A stretch of DNA of 64,000 nt from Veleropilina oligotropha (taxonomy: Eukaryota). The translations under genes were made by a program, and so were the position numbers. This document shows, one piece after another, positions 59,880-64,000 of this stretch. How positions within the stretch are numbered: position 1 is the first letter of the stretch; every line of letters starts with the position of its first letter. Location of the stretch: positions 124,001-188,000 of the forward strand of contig JBEUKZ010000070.1 of NCBI GenBank assembly GCA_048128005.1, written 5' to 3'. The notes under the pieces are model-generated. The model worked only from the letters and a program-made list of their open reading frames with translations. It did no database searches and was not told the DNA's origin.

Positions 59880-62800
59880 GTGAGAGGATGTCAGACACGA
59901 TATATATATCTCATCAGGTGAGAGGTGGACAGACACAATATAGACATCTCATCGGGTGAGAGGAGGAGGAGGAGGAATTATGCTTAATGTCCTGTATATT
60001 TACAACATCGAGGTTCAAGGCAGGACATGTCCGTGTTATCGCGGGAGGAAACCCCGGTCACCCGGGTAAACCCGCCCTCTTCGGCCAGTCACGGACAACT
60101 ATAACTTGAACAAATTTCAATGCCTCAGCCAGGTATCGAACCCACTACTGTTCGCATTAGCGGAATCAAGCCAGTGAAGTTAGAGTGGACACTCTACCCA
60201 CTGCGCTGCCGAAGCGGCCAGGTGAGAGGAGGACAGACACAATATAGATATCTCACCAGGTGAGAGGAGGACTGACACAATATAGACATTTCATCAGGTG
60301 AGAGGTGGACAGACACAATATAGACATCTCATTAGGTGAGAGGAGGACAGACACAATATAGACATCTCATCAGGTGAGAGGTGGACAGACACAATATAGA
60401 TATTTCATCAGGCGAAAGGATGAGAGAGACGATATAGATATCGCATCAGGTATGAGGATGAGAGACAATATAGATTTTGATATCTCATCAGGTGAGAGGT
60501 GGACAGGCACAATATAGATATCTCATCATGTGAGGGGATGACAGACACAATATAGATATCTCATCATGTGAGGGGATGACAGGCACAATATAGATATCTC
60601 ATCAGGTGAGAGGAGGACAGACACAATATAGATATCTTATCAGGCTAGAGGAGGACAGACGAAGATATGTCATCAGGTGAGAGGAGGACAGACACAATAT
60701 AGATATCTCATCAGGTGAGAGGTGGACAGACACAATATAGATATCTCATCAGGTGAGGGGACGACAGACACAATATAGATATCTCATCATGTGAGAGGAG
60801 GACAGACACAATATAGATATCTCATCAGGTGAGGGGATGACAGACACAATATAGATATCTCATCAGGTGGGAGGATGATAGACACAATATAGATATCTCA
60901 TCATGTGAGGGGATGACAGACACAATATAGATATCTCATCAGGTTAGAGGAGGACAGACGAAGATATGTCATCAGGTGAGGGGAGACGCGCAATGTAGAT
61001 ATCTCATCAGGTGAGGGGATGACAGACACAATATAGACATCTCATCAGGTGAGAGGAGGACAGACACAATATAGACATCTCATCAGGTGAGAGGTGGACA
61101 GACACAATATAGATATCTCGTCAGGTGAGAGGAGGACAGACACAATGTAGATATCTCGTCAGGTGAGAGGAGGATAGACACAATATAGATATCTCATCAG
61201 GTGAGAGGTGGACAGACACAATATAGATATCTCGTCAGGTGAGAGGTGGACAGGCACAATATAGATATCTCATCAGGTGAGGGGATGACAGACACAATAT
61301 AGATATCTCATCAGGTGAGAGGAGGACAGACACAATATAGATATCTCGTCAGGTGAGAGGAGGACAGACACAATATAGACATCTCATCAGGTCAGAGGAG
61401 AAAAGATGCAATATAGACATCATCGTCAGGTGAGGGGAGGACAGATGAAGATATGTCATCAGGTGAGGGGAGAAACGCAATATAGACGTCTCGTCAGGTG
61501 AGAGGTGGACAGGCACAATATAGATATCTCATCAGGTGAGAGGATGACAGACACAATATAGATATCTTATCAGGCTAGAGGAGGACAGACGAAGATATGT
61601 CATCAGGTGAGAGGAGGACAGACACAATATAGACATCTCATCAGGTGAGAGGATGACAGACACAATATAGACATCTCATCAGGTGAGAGGAGGACAGACA
61701 CAATATAGACATCTCATCAGGTGAGAGGATTTGAAACGCAATATAGACATCTCATCAGGTGAGAGGTGGACAGACACAATATAGACATTTCATCAGGTGA
61801 GAGGTGGACAGACACAATATAGACATCTCATCAGGTGAGAGGAGGACAGACACAATATAGACATCTCATCAGTTGAGAGGTGGACAGACACAATATAGAT
61901 ATCTCATCAGGTGAGAGGAGGACAGACACAATATAGATATCTCATCATGTGAGGGGATGACAGGCACAATATAGATATCTCATCAGGTGGGAGGATGATA
62001 GACACAATATAGATATCTCATCAGGTGAGAGGTGGACACACACAATATAGATATCTCATCAGGTGAGAGGTGGACAGACACAATATAGATATCTCATCAT
62101 GTGAGGGGATGACAGGCACAATATAGATATCTCATCAGGTGGGAGGATGATAGACACAATATAGATATCTCATCAGGTGAGAGGATGACAGACACAATAT
62201 TGACATTTCATCAAGTGAGAGGTGGACAGACACAATATAGACATCTCATCCGGTGAGAGGAGGACAGACACAATATAGATATCTTATCAGGTGGGACGAT
62301 GATAGACACAATATAGATATCTCATCAGGTGAGAGGAGGACAGACACAATATAGACATCTCATCAGGTGAGAGGTGGACAGACACAATATAGATATCTCA
62401 TCAGGTGAGACGAGGACAGACACAATATAGATATTTCATCAGGCGAAAGAATGAGAGAGATGATATAGATATCGCATCAGGTATGAGGATGAGAGACGAT
62501 ATAGATTTTGATATATCATCAGGTGAGGGGAGGACAGACACAATATAGATATCTCATCAGGTGAGGGGATGACAGGCACAATATAGATATCTCATCAGGT
62601 GAGGGGATGACAGGCACAATATAGATATCTCATCAGGTGAGGGGACGACAGACACAATATAGATATCTCATCAGGTGAGAGGTGGACAGAAACAATATAG
62701 ATATCTCATCATGTGAGGGGATGACAGACACAATATAGATATCTCATCAGGTGAGAGGAGGACAGACTCAATATAGATATCTCATCATGTGAGGGGATGA

Positions 62801-63395
62801 CAGGCACAATATAGATATCTCATCAGGTGAGAGGATGACAGACACAATATAGACATTTCATTAAGTGAGAGGTGGACAGACACAATATAGACATCTCATC
62901 CGGTGAGAGGAGGACAGACACAATATAGATATCTTATCAGGTGGGACGATGACAGACACAATATAGATATCTTATCAGGCTAGAGGAGGACAGACGAAGA
63001 TATGTCATCAGGTGAGAGGAGGACAGACACAATATAGACATCTCATCAGGTGAGAGGTGGACAGACACAATATAGACATCTCATCAGGTGAGAGGATGAC
63101 AGACACAATATAGATATCTCATCAGGCGAGAGGATGACAGACACAATGTAGATATCTCGTCAGGTGAGAGGAGGACAGACACAATGTAGATATCTCGTCA
63201 GGTGAGAGGAGGACAGACACAATGTAGATATCTCGTCAGGTCAGCGGATGACAGACACAATATAGACATCTCATCAGGTCAGAGGAGGACAGACACAATA
63301 TAGATATCACATCAGGTGAGAGAAGAACAGATGCAAAATAGATATCTCGTCAGGTGAAAGGAGCACAGACACAATATCTCATCAGGTGAGAGGAT
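59846..63395 (+). repeat. 38-bp minisatellite (~85-90 units) made of the exon 5 end plus splice donor
   Basis: Unit GAGGAGGACAGACACAATATAGATATCTCATCAG|gtga. The first copy is the real exon end. Confidence 0.96.
59962..60219 (-). mobile_element. tRNA-derived SINE, copy 3, inserted in the 38-bp array
   Basis: Same family as 44237-44494, flanked by duplicated ggtgagaggagga. Confidence 0.88.
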
Positions 63396-64000
63396 AACTG
63401 ATACAATATATACACTTGGGACAAATGTTAAGCACATGGACATACATGATAAGCATGTTATACTATAGTTAACAAATATATCTAATGTTTTCAAGTGGCC
63501 TGTGACATTTTTCTGACATAAACCAAAGAAAAACGTGAATTGACCAGTATGAAACCAAATAACTTTTTGAGGTAGTGTCAATATGGTGTAAGCGCCATGA
63601 CAGTGTGATCTTGCAACTTGCCTATCCATGGACGTCACCAAACTCAGAATTCGCATCAGGGCGATATTGCTACATTTTATATTTCTTGGGGTTTATGTCA
63701 GAAGAACATGCCAGGCCACATGAAAATTTTAGAAATATTTCCTAATCACAGCATAACACATTTATATTATATATCTATGTAACACATCTATAAAATATTT
63801 GGGTGATGCTTAACTTTTGCCAAAATGGATGGATATATGTGAGAGGATGACCCACGATATAGATATCTGAGAGAAAGACTCACAATATCTCATCAAGAGA
63901 TGACTGACATTCATGTTCAGCAGTCAATGAACAGATGTGAATCATGATTCTTTATCTCATTTTATTGGCCCGCCTGCTAGGCAGGGCTATAGTCGTGGGC

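Noticed and set aside
59846..63395. CRISPR-like appearance of the 38-bp, 47-bp, 31-bp and 28-bp arrays
   Set aside because: Units are head-to-tail with no unique spacers, there are no cas genes, and the context is eukaryotic.

Overview
This is AT-rich, intron-containing animal (probably invertebrate) genomic DNA, densely filled with repeats. (1) A complete DIRS1-type tyrosine-recombinase retrotransposon (270-7626; ITRs plus an internal complementary region) is inserted precisely into a 47-bp satellite array. (2) The main find is a 15.66-kb GC-rich endogenous Polinton/Maverick-like DNA virus (16409-32067) with identical 152-bp TIRs and a 5-bp TSD. It encodes an rve integrase, a packaging ATPase, and major and minor jelly-roll capsid proteins. 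Its replicase is an unusual 1280-aa fusion: Rho-N-like, vOTU-like, family B polymerase apparently lacking the exonuclease, SF1 helicase, and HNH-like domain. No adenain protease is recognisable, there are many membrane proteins, and there is a secreted Cys-rich cargo gene. (3) A 4-exon minus-strand host gene encodes a ~1350-aa secreted acidic/coiled-coil/basic protein with a C-terminal fibrinogen domain. (4) The first five exons of a BRMS1/BRMS1L-like gene lie on the plus strand. Both host genes have tandem repeats amplified from an exon end plus its splice donor. SINEs, MITEs and transposase remnants fill the rest. All calls come from motif reading by eye; no database searches were run.
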